Of a DNA stretch of 55,543 nucleotides, positions 1-12,564 are shown one piece after another (the first letter of the stretch is position 1; each line of letters starts with the position of its first letter). A program made the position numbers and the translations under genes. The notes beneath the pieces are model-generated. The model made no database searches, had not been told where the DNA came from, and saw only the letters and a list, made by a program, of their open reading frames with translations. The stretch is from a virus (lineage: Duplodnaviria > Heunggongvirae > Uroviricota > Caudoviricetes): positions 154,827 to 210,369 of the IMG/VR virus record IMGVR_UViG_3300022719_000284. One strand, written 5' to 3'.

Positions 1-609
1 CAGTAGATCCTGTAGAACCTACAGTTGCACCAGTAGGACCTGTATTACCTTTGATACCTTGAGCACCAGGGACACCCGTAACTCCTGTTGTACCGGGTTG
101 ACCTGTTGGGCCTACGGAACCTATAAGTCCAGTACCAGTAGCACCAGTAGCACCTGTGAATCCAGCAATACCCTGAGAACCAGCGGGCCCTCCCGGTCCT
201 TGAGGCCCTGTAGGGCCTGTTTCTCCTGTAGGGGCACCAGGGGGTCCAATAGGGCCAGTTGGTCCTACAATTCCGCCAAAATCAACTGGAGTCCAAACAC
301 CGCCATTTGGTGCGGGAATTTGATTTGACCCGAAAGAAACATCACTAGATTGTTTGTCAAAGGAATATATTAAACCAGTTTCTTCAACAAATATTAGAGT
401 TCTATCCTTAGCATTTTCAATGCTAGATAACTCGTTAAGCGTACCAACAGCAAGAAGAACCCGATCATCCACCTCCTTGCCAACAAATTTCTTTAAAGCT
501 CCCGTAGGACCTACACTTGCACTAGTGCCTTGACCAGAGCTTGGATTATTTTCATCAAGTGCTCTTTGATCGGTATCAAACTGTGGTGGTAATGTTGATC
601 CAGTTGACA

Positions 610-610
<1 letters not shown>
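1..610 (-). CDS. Collagen-like fibre protein (partial, runs off window start; missing from ORF track)
   Basis: ATG at 610 overlaps the upstream TAA (TAATG). The frame stays open to position 1 with G-X-T/G-P-T triplets. The N-terminal domain ([12 protein letters not shown]...[11 protein letters not shown]...APNGGVW) is paralogous to the next two genes. Confidence 0.85.
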
Positions 611-2259
<1,649 letters not shown>

Positions 2260-2279
2260 TTAGAATGTCAATGTCCTAT

Positions 2280-3293
<1,014 letters not shown>

Positions 3294-3320
3294 CTAAAAG
3301 TCTCCCGATATAGGCAGCCC

Positions 3321-3647
3321 TTAGCTGGCAACGCGCTTAATGGACTGTGCAATTTTGGTGTATCCGGCTTTATGAGCTTTTTCAGCTATAGTCAATAGCT
3401 GTTTTGCTCCCTCTTGTGTAAAGATACTACCTTCACTAGAAGCTTCAGCTTTTCTAAGAATATTTTCTGCTTGACGTACTTTACTAGTAATCTCGTCAGC
3501 AACCTCTGTAGTGGAATTGATTTCTTCAAAAAGCGAGGCAGCGTCTTCCTGAGCGAATGCCATAGTGGCGATACGTGCAGCAATCTCTTTTTCACCTCGC
3601 TGATTTGCCCTATAAGCCAGGGTAAGCAATCTACGTGCCCGAGTCAT
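3321..3647 (-). CDS. Hypothetical helical protein, possibly virion-associated
   Basis: 108-aa ORF co-oriented in the head operon. Confidence 0.6.
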   Translation of the reverse strand: MTRARRLLTLAYRANQRGEKEIAARIATMAFAQEDAASLFEEINSTTEVADEITSKVRQAENILRKAEASSEGSIFTQEGAKQLLTIAEKAHKAGYTKIAQSIKRVAS

Positions 3648-3660
3648 TGTGGGTCTTCTC

Positions 3661-3897
3661 CTAAAGGTTTCTCAGATCTTTACTCACTTTACGTAATTTA
3701 TCTGTAACAGTGCTAAGATCTGTAAGAATTATATCAAGCTCTTCGCCTGAAGGTTCAGGAATATCTCCTGATTTAATCTGTTTTACCAACATAGTAGCTT
3801 CGTTAACCTTATCTTCCGCTTCAGATATTAGAACCCTATGTGCTTTGCGAGGCTGATCCGAAAAGTCAAAGGCTAATATTTCCCAATTAAACTTCAT
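3661..3897 (-). CDS. Hypothetical protein (likely start MKFNWEIL at 3897)
   Basis: ORF track 3661..3936; the upstream part lies close to the terminator hairpin. Confidence 0.55.
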   Translation of the reverse strand: MKFNWEILAFDFSDQPRKAHRVLISEAEDKVNEATMLVKQIKSGDIPEPSGEELDIILTDLSTVTDKLRKVSKDLRNL

Positions 3898-3925
3898 CTT
3901 GGTTTGTCTTTCGGGCAGAACAGAA

Positions 3926-3958
3926 CGGGGGGACACGACATAGTGCCATGTCCCCCCG
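3926..3958 (-). terminator. GC-rich hairpin after the major capsid gene
   Basis: 10-bp inverted repeat cggggggaca/tgtccccccg; weak U tract. Confidence 0.5.
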
Positions 3959-4000
3959 CCCTTACCGTTCAGGCCCGATAGGGGCCAAGGGGAAGGTCAA

Positions 4001-5137
4001 TTAGACCCGGTTACCTCTGGTTACCGCACGGCTGTTCACTATGGACATACCCTCGATAGTCTCCATGAACCAACCGCGCTCCGGCTTGCCCTGGTTGTAC
4101 TTGTTGATGGACTCAGTAGCGAGTTCCTTACGCTGAGTGATACCACCGAGGGTCTGAGGAGCACCTACGAAGTAAACTTCGCCTGGCTGTAGAACCTGCA
4201 AGGTATCGTGGCGGAAGGCGTCCGTGATGAGGTTAACACCAAGTATGCTACCAAGAGAACCCTCAAGTACGATCTCGTGCTTGGATACTGGGTCGAACCA
4301 AGTGCTGAACTCAGTGTCAGCAATGATGTCGTCCCAGAGATCGAACGCGATGATCGCACCAGTTACCGGAATACCCCACCGAGCGATCTGCGTTCGCATG
4401 GTGGAGAACACCGTGGGGGTAAAGGTGTTGAACAAGAACAGATCGTTAGAAGCACCAGCAGCAGCGTTGACGAGATTCCGCCAAACGTTGTCCTCTCGGA
4501 CCATGATCTGCTCCAAACCGTCCTGATACTTGTCGTCCAGAAGGTCACCCGAAGCCTGCTCGATTTCCTTGTCCTCTATCGTAATGTGCGCGATTAGATA
4601 GAATTCGGGTGGGTAGATGTAGAACTGGCGAACCTGAGATGCGATGACGTTCGGGTCACTCGTTACGAAGAACGAAATGACATCCTTGCGTCGGACGCGC
4701 AATCGACCAGTCTCACCCTTGCCAAGAGGCTTGATAAGAAGGGTCTTTCGAGCGAAACCTTCACGACCTAGGGTCTCCCAGATCTCTTCACCGATAACCT
4801 CGCCCAGAACTTGCCAACCTTCACCGTTTTTATCGGCGTAAGCTGCCTCTACTAGTTCTCGACGTGCGCTAACAACATCACCGTACTGCTCCTGGGGAGA
4901 AGCCTGACGAACATCGCCAGCTTGCACCATTCTCTGAAGGGATGAGATCGCCTGCATAAGCTCGCGCTTGGAACCTGCATTAAACTCTCCGTTACCTGCA
5001 ACTAAAGACTCAGTGTTGGACTGAATCATGGTGCCGGAGCGCGGATTAACGCGGGTAGCCTTAACGCCACCATCTTTAAGCGCATCCCCATTGCGGCCGA
5101 CATAAGCCGGACGCGCTACGTAAGGATTCTTAGCCAT
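4001..5137 (-). CDS. Major capsid protein (HK97 fold, predicted)
   Basis: 378 aa, follows protease-scaffold-decoration genes; C-terminal GSLGSILGVNLITD...GEVYFVG pattern; strong RBS (GGAG). Confidence 0.75.
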   Translation of the reverse strand: MAKNPYVARPAYVGRNGDALKDGGVKATRVNPRSGTMIQSNTESLVAGNGEFNAGSKRELMQAISSLQRMVQAGDVRQASPQEQYGDVVSARRELVEAAYADKNGEGWQVLGEVIGEEIWETLGREGFARKTLLIKPLGKGETGRLRVRRKDVISFFVTSDPNVIASQVRQFYIYPPEFYLIAHITIEDKEIEQASGDLLDDKYQDGLEQIMVREDNVWRNLVNAAAGASNDLFLFNTFTPTVFSTMRTQIARWGIPVTGAIIAFDLWDDIIADTEFSTWFDPVSKHEIVLEGSLGSILGVNLITDAFRHDTLQVLQPGEVYFVGAPQTLGGITQRKELATESINKYNQGKPERGWFMETIEGMSIVNSRAVTRGNRV

Positions 5138-5241
5138 TTTCTATTTCTCCTATATGGAAGCTAAGAGTTAATTAATTACTGTTTGACACCATGAGCGTTG
5201 AGGTAATCCGAGATAAAGCGGCCTAGCTGCTCTCGCTAGGT

Positions 5242-5270
5242 GATAAACCAGGGCGGGCCTCCCGCCCTGG
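5242..5270 (-). terminator. Hairpin/terminator between decoration and capsid genes
   Basis: 10-bp stem ccagggcggg/cccgccctgg followed by UUUAU on the minus strand. Confidence 0.5.
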
Positions 5271-5286
5271 ACTAGCTCACGCTAGA

Positions 5287-6009
5287 TTATGTAGTACCAC
5301 CTAGGTCAAACGCTACACCCAACAGAGGATTGTTAACGTTTGGCACGCTAATGACGCGAGCGTCAAGAGCAACACCAGAACCACCGGTGGTAAGCTGACC
5401 ATTTGCACCCGACGTAATAGACGGATTGCTTGCCCAGTTTACGGAAGCATCGAACTGGTCAGTAAAGATCTCTCCATGACCATGACCAACACCAACCTGA
5501 CCAAACAGAGTTCCTGCCTCGTTGTTGATGTTTCTCTGGAAGAACTTCAACCTAGCTTCAGCAACCGTTAGGTTGTAGCGGTAAGTAACAACAATGTCCT
5601 CACCTTCCTGAGCGGAGTTGAAGGTCATTAGACCCGTGGAGTCTGAAACAGAGAACTCACCAGGGTTAGCAGGGTTGCCCTCAGTCAAAGCACCAGTAGT
5701 GGAAGCAACCACACGAATCTGACCAGCAACCAGATTGTTATTGGAAAGCTGAACCGTTAGTGGGTTTGGGGAAGTAGGAATAGTGGATTCTTCCACAGAA
5801 GAAGTAGTAGAGTTATCTGCGTTATCGCGAATTGCGAAACCAGCAACAACGTCAGTACCAGCTCCTGCGGAAAGCTGTACTTTCTCCGTTCCTGTAGCTG
5901 CGTCAAGGGCAGCTACTAGAAGTACACCTTCTTCCGTGATAACTTCTCCGGGAAGAACTTCCTTCTCCAAGATCAAGGAGAAATGACTTCGTTTTAGATC
6001 ATAGGACAT
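5287..6009 (-). CDS. Putative capsid decoration/cement protein
   Basis: 240 aa, beta-rich, between scaffold and capsid genes; positional inference. Confidence 0.5.
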   Translation of the reverse strand: MSYDLKRSHFSLILEKEVLPGEVITEEGVLLVAALDAATGTEKVQLSAGAGTDVVAGFAIRDNADNSTTSSVEESTIPTSPNPLTVQLSNNNLVAGQIRVVASTTGALTEGNPANPGEFSVSDSTGLMTFNSAQEGEDIVVTYRYNLTVAEARLKFFQRNINNEAGTLFGQVGVGHGHGEIFTDQFDASVNWASNPSITSGANGQLTTGGSGVALDARVISVPNVNNPLLGVAFDLGGTT

Positions 6010-6043
6010 CTTGTCCTCCTTCTTTTACCTTTGTGGCCAGTTA

Positions 6044-8323
6044 CTAGCTGGACCGATATGTTGATAGTCGAATCCGGGCACGCAAATCGCCTCGAACATC
6101 ATCACGAGAAGCATGGACCGAGTTACCACCAAGGGTGGTGAACGGGACATTTCCTCGCTCAAGAGCCGAAGCAAGAGTCTCATGCTCGGGAAGTTCGCCC
6201 TCGTTTTCGGCACTTGCCGCTACAAGGGCATTGCTCTGAGGGATCGCCTTAGCGATAGCATCTCGTGCTTCGTCTGGCAGGTCCATCAGTTCTTCAGCCT
6301 TAGCCAAAACTCCTTCAAAGAATGGCACTGCACCTTCTTCGAAGGAAGCTTCAATGACACCGGCGGCGTCACGAATGCCAAGTCGCTTCAACTCGCTCCA
6401 GAGAGCAGCCTTAAGCTGATTATCTTCACCGCGGAAGAAGTTGCTATTGTAACCAGCCAAAGCAATTCTGGCAGCCGTTAGGAATCGCTCACGAAGCTCG
6501 CCCACGGCTTGAGCGTACTTAGCAGCGTGCTCTTCTTCTACTTTAGCGCGAATCTTCTCAGCTAGTTTACCGGTTTCTACCCGGGCTGCGTAGGGCTTAG
6601 CATTTATGGCCTGAAGAACTTCTGTCACCCCTACCTTAGCCATTGCCTGAGCAATATTCTCTGCGTAAGGAGCCGATAGGAAAGTGCTTCGAACTTCTTC
6701 TGGCTTAGGTTGATCAGAAAGATCAACACGAGCTACTGGGCGACCCTTGATGTCGATATTCCAGTGAGGGTTTTCTTGATCCTCACCATAAAGAGCCATT
6801 ACTACATCATCCGGGGTTATCGGACCAATTTCATCGAAATTGGATAGCATTTCAACGTGAGCAGATTCAGCAGGATCCGTATGCTCTGGTTCCATAAGCT
6901 CCTCCTGAAGCCACTCCTCAAGGGACTGCCCCATTCCACCAAGGTCTGGGCCATTTCCACCCAGGTCATAGTGATCTCCTCCCTCAGAAGGAAGTTGTAG
7001 GTTTTGATCGGGGATTTCCTCAGGATTGAATCCTGCACCCTCTTGTGGAAGGTCAACAGCTCCATCTGGCAGAACAGGTGGGATTCCTCCCATCTCTTCT
7101 GGATTAGGGGGCAAACCCGGTACCGGAGGCTCTTGAACCTCCTCAGGCCCCCCTAGTCCAGGCATTTGGGGCATCCCCATACCAGCAGCTTGAGTCTTCT
7201 TAGCCTTAGCAGTAGGTACGTTGGATTCTTTAGCCCGATCATGGCCCTTAGCATCAAAGGAGTCCGAATCTACAGATTCTGAGTCCTGAGCAGGTGTTCC
7301 GGTTTGCTTGTCCACCTCAGAACCTGCCTCAGCAGGATGCCTTTGTGGGTCCTTGAATGGAACATCTTCCAAGCTAACAACCTTAGGCTCGGTAAATCCA
7401 TCATTCTCTTTGCCGGGTCGATGATCTGGAGAGCTATTCTGAGGACCGTAAAGAGTAATGTCTTCGACTCCTACGTCCTCTTTGTTCTCTCTAACCTGAT
7501 CGACTGCTGTCACAAGCCAAGCATTGATCTGCTTAGCTAGCTCCGGATTCTTATTTGCTTCTTCGGAAGAAAGAAAATTCTTAGCAATGCTAATTTTCTT
7601 AGCAGTTAGAAACTTTTTCAACCATGACATTACTTTTACTGTTTTTTCAGAGTTCTGGGGAGAAGCAGCAGCCTCAGTATGAAGGAAAGAAAAACCATAT
7701 CTAGCTTGAGCTTCATTGGCTTGAGCTGTGGTTGGCTTCCATCTATCAATACCTGCCTGAACCTGACCGCGCTTAGCGTGATTAGAATTCCTATCTAGCC
7801 ACTGTAGCGCATTAACTGCTCTCTTTACATTTTCTTCAGCAGGTTCTGCCATTATTTTGCGAAGGTCGGAAATGTCGTCTGTCGTTAGAGCGACGGCTGC
7901 GGTATGAGGGTCCTTGGGGTCCACGGATAGATCATCCTCCAAAGTATCGGGAAGCTGAACCACCGGTCCACCGCCACCCTTGTTTTTCTGTTGCTCACCA
8001 GCGTCGCAATCCTCGCGAGCTGTAGTTTTAGTGTTAGCCATTGTATCCGGAATGTTAGGAATTCCGTCAACGCTGGACTCTCCATCATACGGAGGTCCAA
8101 TTTCATCTTTATCGCCGGCGTTTTCGGTGCCGCTCTCGTAGGCGCGGGTCTCTAAATCCGGAGTATCCGGAGAGTTGGTATCTACCAATTTTACAACGTC
8201 ATCGGCGATTTCTACATCAGTGTCATGAGTTCCGCCGTGGGGACCAACGGCGGGATCAAGTTCTCCTGGCTCCCCGGCTGTGACGGATTGACCAAGAGCT
8301 TTTCGTATCTTGTTGAGATCCAT
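6044..8323 (-). CDS. Putative prohead scaffolding/core protein
   Basis: 759 aa, acidic, Pro-rich disordered segments, coiled-coil C-terminus with a basic tail; lies between protease and capsid. Confidence 0.6.
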   Translation of the reverse strand: MDLNKIRKALGQSVTAGEPGELDPAVGPHGGTHDTDVEIADDVVKLVDTNSPDTPDLETRAYESGTENAGDKDEIGPPYDGESSVDGIPNIPDTMANTKTTAREDCDAGEQQKNKGGGGPVVQLPDTLEDDLSVDPKDPHTAAVALTTDDISDLRKIMAEPAEENVKRAVNALQWLDRNSNHAKRGQVQAGIDRWKPTTAQANEAQARYGFSFLHTEAAASPQNSEKTVKVMSWLKKFLTAKKISIAKNFLSSEEANKNPELAKQINAWLVTAVDQVRENKEDVGVEDITLYGPQNSSPDHRPGKENDGFTEPKVVSLEDVPFKDPQRHPAEAGSEVDKQTGTPAQDSESVDSDSFDAKGHDRAKESNVPTAKAKKTQAAGMGMPQMPGLGGPEEVQEPPVPGLPPNPEEMGGIPPVLPDGAVDLPQEGAGFNPEEIPDQNLQLPSEGGDHYDLGGNGPDLGGMGQSLEEWLQEELMEPEHTDPAESAHVEMLSNFDEIGPITPDDVVMALYGEDQENPHWNIDIKGRPVARVDLSDQPKPEEVRSTFLSAPYAENIAQAMAKVGVTEVLQAINAKPYAARVETGKLAEKIRAKVEEEHAAKYAQAVGELRERFLTAARIALAGYNSNFFRGEDNQLKAALWSELKRLGIRDAAGVIEASFEEGAVPFFEGVLAKAEELMDLPDEARDAIAKAIPQSNALVAASAENEGELPEHETLASALERGNVPFTTLGGNSVHASRDDVRGDLRARIRLSTYRSS

Positions 8324-8471
8324 TGTTTATTGTCCTCTTATGAACTAGTTCTATGGGCTCAGGACCGCTAATTGTTCAAAAATAAGACTGCGTAATGGAC
8401 CCACACCTGAGCCTGGGTTTGCAGGCGGGTTGTGCTGCATGATTTAGATATAACCACCTAAACAAGTAATT

Positions 8472-8678
8472 TTAAGCCCTACTTTTTCTTCCTCGCATCA
8501 AAGCGGAACCATATTCACTAGGGGTACCACAAGCCATACATGCCATGGATCCTGCGTAATCACAAGATGTGACGTAAGAGGATCCACAAGCAGAGCAAGA
8601 ATGTAGTAATTTCGCGAACTTAGAACCAGAAAGTGTTTTTTTTATGTCATCTACGGACGCAGGGCCTACATATTGCAT
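8472..8678 (-). CDS. Zn-ribbon protein; reading frame stays open upstream to 8870 with no ATG/GTG/TTG
   Basis: CSAC...CMAC motifs; 64 additional stop-free codons checked by hand. Confidence 0.55.
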   Translation of the reverse strand: MQYVGPASVDDIKKTLSGSKFAKLLHSCSACGSSYVTSCDYAGSMACMACGTPSEYGSALMRGRKSRA

Positions 8679-8872
8679 TTTCTTGCCATTTAATGGGCTA
8701 AAAACTTCTTGAGCCTTAGGGCAAGAAATTGTAGTTTCACCATCGCTATAGAAACCGTAAGATCCTCCGTAATCTGGAGGCGGGCCGAAATAATGATATC
8801 CGCCCTCTTCACCAATAGGTTCTAGAGCAACGGGCTTAGATACATGAGGGTTATAGTGATAACCGAATGTTC

Positions 8873-8908
8873 AGGTAGGCCCCTGTGACGAATCACAGGG
8901 GCCTACCT
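8873..8908 (-). other. Perfect 16-bp hairpin with UUCG loop
   Basis: aggtaggcccctgtga-cgaa-tcacaggggcctacct on the plus strand. Confidence 0.85.
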
Positions 8909-9001
8909 ACCTCCATGACCGTACCCAACGACTTTGGAACCACTTTCTCGGTTCCTACGTCGAGGCACAGACCAATTTAGAGTCTTTGCTATGTCAGACA
9001 T
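8903..9001 (-). CDS. 32-aa ORF MSDIAKTLNWSVPRRRNRESGSKVVGYGHGGR
   Basis: RBS-like AAGGACGAG upstream; the TAG stop lies inside a 16-bp hairpin. Confidence 0.5.
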   Translation of the reverse strand: MSDIAKTLNWSVPRRRNRESGSKVVGYGHGGR

Positions 9002-9031
9002 TATATTCTCGTCCTTGTTTACTTTCAGGAA

Positions 9032-9856
9032 CTAGTCCCAGTATAAGACGTGAGAAAAAGATTTGAAATTTTTTCTTTTAACTATACGTTTCTGGGTCTG
9101 AGTATTGGGGTGAATTTTCTTGTCTCCGTTAGATTTTTCATGAGGTTTAATTCCCCTATCTATGATAGATTTTAACCCCCAAGCAGGGAAATCTCCCTTT
9201 TCCCCAGTATCTTCAAATGTTTCAGATTTATGAGTAGACCAACTTAAATCGGCAACAATTTTGCTACTATGTAGCTGAGTTCTATCGTAAAAATCATCCA
9301 TACCTTTATCTCTTTCCCATCCACGGCCAGACGGGTGAGTCCATTCACTTGGACTCTCTATAATATCAATAAGATTCTCGTTAGGAACATATTCCTCATC
9401 TAACAAAATTTCTTCTTGATCCGATTCAGGTGGAATACTAGGATTGCAATGACCTATTCTTGGGTCTTCTCCTTCCCCACATGGTCTAGCCTCTGTAAAA
9501 TCGGATACAGGGAAGTTCAAATTTCTATAGGTTTCATCGATTGGGGTAAGTTCTTCCCCCTCGCTTAGATCCTTATGTTTTTGTTTCCTAGTGTAACCCT
9601 TTTTACCTTTTTTAGTCCCGTGGGGGCCACCAGTGGGCATTCCCTTATGTTGTTCTCTGCTTATACGCTTTAATTGTTTTACAGTATCTGGAACTTTTTT
9701 ACCTGGGCCTTGTGTTCTAGCGGGACCCTTTCCTGCGCTTGCTTCTTCTGGGAGATCCTTCCCCTCGCTCTCCTCGTCCCACTTTTCAGTATCCAGAGCT
9801 TCACGGCCTTCCTTAGTATGAGCCCATCTTCTTTGCTTTTCTGATTTATATGGCAT
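9032..9856 (-). CDS. Low-complexity putative internal virion protein (likely start MPYKSEKQRRW at 9856)
   Basis: Charged, disordered sequence in the head operon. Confidence 0.55.
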   Translation of the reverse strand: MPYKSEKQRRWAHTKEGREALDTEKWDEESEGKDLPEEASAGKGPARTQGPGKKVPDTVKQLKRISREQHKGMPTGGPHGTKKGKKGYTRKQKHKDLSEGEELTPIDETYRNLNFPVSDFTEARPCGEGEDPRIGHCNPSIPPESDQEEILLDEEYVPNENLIDIIESPSEWTHPSGRGWERDKGMDDFYDRTQLHSSKIVADLSWSTHKSETFEDTGEKGDFPAWGLKSIIDRGIKPHEKSNGDKKIHPNTQTQKRIVKRKNFKSFSHVLYWD

Positions 9857-9860
9857 TTTA

Positions 9861-10604
9861 CTACCTAATAGAATTAGAAAGGGCTGTTGGATCTGCTGGA
9901 TCATCTACTGAGCTTTGCTCAAAGTATTGAACACCAGCACAAAGCTGATATACTAATCTCCCGTCAACTATAGAACCCTTACCCATAGCCATGCATCTGC
10001 ATGGCATTTTAACAGTCTCTACTTTTCCGCAATTAGAGCAGACAAAGTTCTGAACTAAAGCGCCCATAGAATACCCATTGCGACGACCGCTTAGGATATC
10101 ATCTACTAATTTAGCATCTTTAGTTCTATCAAAACCTGCTAGAGTACGAATTTTCCACACATTATAGCCTGGAACAAACTGTAAAGCAGAATCGAAATGA
10201 ACGCCCTTAGCTTCTATTGGATTAGCATTTTTATGATCTATGTGAGTAGGGCGACCTATAAATGTTTGATATACAAGACTTCCTTGCATGTTATCAAAGT
10301 AAGAAACTTCTTCATAGGGAAACGCCTGAAGATTACGGTTGGGGATATCGATAGTGACTGATGGAATGTCAACTATTACATAATCGTTGATATCTGCTGA
10401 TATATGATAAGTATCAGCAGCAGCAGCTAGCCAAGAAACATCAATGTCTCGCTTAAATGCCCCGGAAGCTGAGGTCTTCTTACCTTCAAGGATGCTTGCG
10501 GTTACGCCCTGGCCCTTATCGTAGTTGTACATATTTTTGTAAGCCTCAATAGTAGAGGCAGCAACAACTACTTCGCCGAGAACAACATGTGGGTCATTAG
10601 ACAC
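9861..10604 (-). CDS. Prohead maturation protease
   Basis: IPNRN...FP, HIDH (catalytic His) and GYSMG (catalytic Ser) motifs, followed by a Cys cluster. Confidence 0.75.
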   Translation of the reverse strand: MSNDPHVVLGEVVVAASTIEAYKNMYNYDKGQGVTASILEGKKTSASGAFKRDIDVSWLAAAADTYHISADINDYVIVDIPSVTIDIPNRNLQAFPYEEVSYFDNMQGSLVYQTFIGRPTHIDHKNANPIEAKGVHFDSALQFVPGYNVWKIRTLAGFDRTKDAKLVDDILSGRRNGYSMGALVQNFVCSNCGKVETVKMPCRCMAMGKGSIVDGRLVYQLCAGVQYFEQSSVDDPADPTALSNSIR

Positions 10605-10639
10605 TTTTTCCTCCGAGTCAGCCTACTTAAAGATAAGAG

Positions 10640-11587
10640 CTATGAATTCAAATAAACCCACAGCTCACTAGAGCAAATACTTTTGCCCACTTGAGCAGAA
10701 ATAGCTCTCTTTAATACGGCCTCATCGACAGGAATAGCTTCAACGGTTCTATCGTAAGATACTTTTGTAATTGGTAAAACGGGGTTAGGAAGTTGATTCA
10801 AACCTAATTTCATGAATGCATAAGCTTGCTCATAATTATCCCATTCTCCTATAATCTCCCCATTTCTAAGAAGAGAAATTTTCCCCCCAAGGGCTTCAAA
10901 TTTCAACACACCAGTAGGATCTGTATCTTTAAAATTCTCTGTATAGCTAAGAACTTGATTTATTTTACTAGATAAAAAATCAACCCATTTAGAAATATGA
11001 GCTTGAGCTACAGCAAATTGTATTTCACAATTTGCTCTTAATTTCGAATGTAGGCGCTCAGCTACAGCGGTAGAAACTTTAGTTTTTGGTTCAATTGTAA
11101 CAGGAAGTTCAGGAATAGCTGTATCTACCTTAGACAATCTAGCCATAATTCCCCCTGCTTGATTAATATACTGCTCTTCCATTGCCTTAGCTCTATCCTT
11201 CATCTGCTGTTCCCTAGCATCATCCGGATAAAGCTTTTCAAATAAGTTACATTTTCTACAAAACTGCTTTATAAGTCCAGTTTGCTCTTTAGCCTGAGTG
11301 GCAATGTTTTCCAAAGTTGACATATATGCTTTTTCTTCTCCGAGAATACGAGCAGCTATGTCACCTCCAACGTGGTAACGATTACCATCCCTTTTTACAA
11401 CCTCAAAATGGCATCCATTGATAGGCGTTTCCAGCATATAAATAGCAGCAATTTTGGGGTGCCTTAAATTGAATCTTAAATCAAATGCAACAACCTCATT
11501 TAATCGGACAATCTCATCAGAGAATCCTGCTACAATAGCCTGACCCGCGAATTGAGTAATTCTTTGAATATCTTTTGAAGTGCTCAT
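10640..11587 (-). CDS. Hypothetical protein in head operon
   Basis: 315-aa ORF with TAATG coupling to the SOD gene. Confidence 0.7.
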   Translation of the reverse strand: MSTSKDIQRITQFAGQAIVAGFSDEIVRLNEVVAFDLRFNLRHPKIAAIYMLETPINGCHFEVVKRDGNRYHVGGDIAARILGEEKAYMSTLENIATQAKEQTGLIKQFCRKCNLFEKLYPDDAREQQMKDRAKAMEEQYINQAGGIMARLSKVDTAIPELPVTIEPKTKVSTAVAERLHSKLRANCEIQFAVAQAHISKWVDFLSSKINQVLSYTENFKDTDPTGVLKFEALGGKISLLRNGEIIGEWDNYEQAYAFMKLGLNQLPNPVLPITKVSYDRTVEAIPVDEAVLKRAISAQVGKSICSSELWVYLNS

Positions 11588-12564
11588 TACTCTTCGTCCT
11601 CATGAAGCCGGGCCCATAAAGCTTCTCTAAATTCACTGCCCTTACCTTTAACTTCTTTATCAAATAAGTCCTCGAATGTTGCAGAAAAAGTTACCTTGCT
11701 AAGTAACTTAATCCTATCATAAGCTTTTTCCAAATCTGCCTTAGTCACAGAAACAGAACTCTGCACACGGGGATTCTGTCGAACCATATCATCTTTGCGA
11801 TTATCCAAAGTAGAGCTTGGAGGAGTTCCAGGGTCTTCAAAATAATCTTCTCCCGGGAATCCAAAATCAGAATCTTCTCTATTCTGATGCTGAAGTTCTC
11901 TAATATAATCCTCAGCTTGCTCTGGAATAGCCGTTCTCATCATTTCCGAAGCACTATGAATAGTCGCCACTCTATGCTCAACTACATTCCAATTAATACT
12001 TCTTTGTAGATGATCTAAATAAGTTCCCTTATCAATGCCATACTGCTGTGTATAAGCATGCTCCCACACATCTATAACCAATAAAGGATACAACCCAATC
12101 ATCAAATTAATGTTATGACCATCAATCATACAGGTAGTAAGTTCGGCTTGAAGAGTATCCCACCCTAAAATAAACCACCCTCGTGCCGATTTACACATAG
12201 GTTTAACTGCATGGCTCCAAAAATCTTTTTGGGCTAAGTTAGGAAAATTTTGCTGTAGTAGTGAAGATAACATTGGCCCCATAAGCATAGGGGCACTATT
12301 AGGTGGAAGTATCACATTCTCAAAAAATAATTCATGTAAAAGAACCGCATTTGTTAAATACATGCGATCTTCTTGCATTCCTCTAAACTCTCCCCCTGAG
12401 GTAGATGCTGATCTCACTAATTCAGGATCATAAGGATTAGAAAGACTTTTCAATGTATCATTAAGGCGTTCTACATAACCCTCATACAAACGAGCATGAT
12501 CTTCAAACATCTTAACTGACAACTCAGGAGCTATATTTCCAAATTGATATTTTTTAGGATGCAT
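11587..12564 (-). CDS. sod: Fe/Mn superoxide dismutase family protein with acidic C-terminal extension
   Basis: HARLYEGYVERLN, LHELFFEN, GWFILGWD and PLLVIDVWEHAY motifs. Confidence 0.85.
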   Translation of the reverse strand: MHPKKYQFGNIAPELSVKMFEDHARLYEGYVERLNDTLKSLSNPYDPELVRSASTSGGEFRGMQEDRMYLTNAVLLHELFFENVILPPNSAPMLMGPMLSSLLQQNFPNLAQKDFWSHAVKPMCKSARGWFILGWDTLQAELTTCMIDGHNINLMIGLYPLLVIDVWEHAYTQQYGIDKGTYLDHLQRSINWNVVEHRVATIHSASEMMRTAIPEQAEDYIRELQHQNREDSDFGFPGEDYFEDPGTPPSSTLDNRKDDMVRQNPRVQSSVSVTKADLEKAYDRIKLLSKVTFSATFEDLFDKEVKGKGSEFREALWARLHEDEE

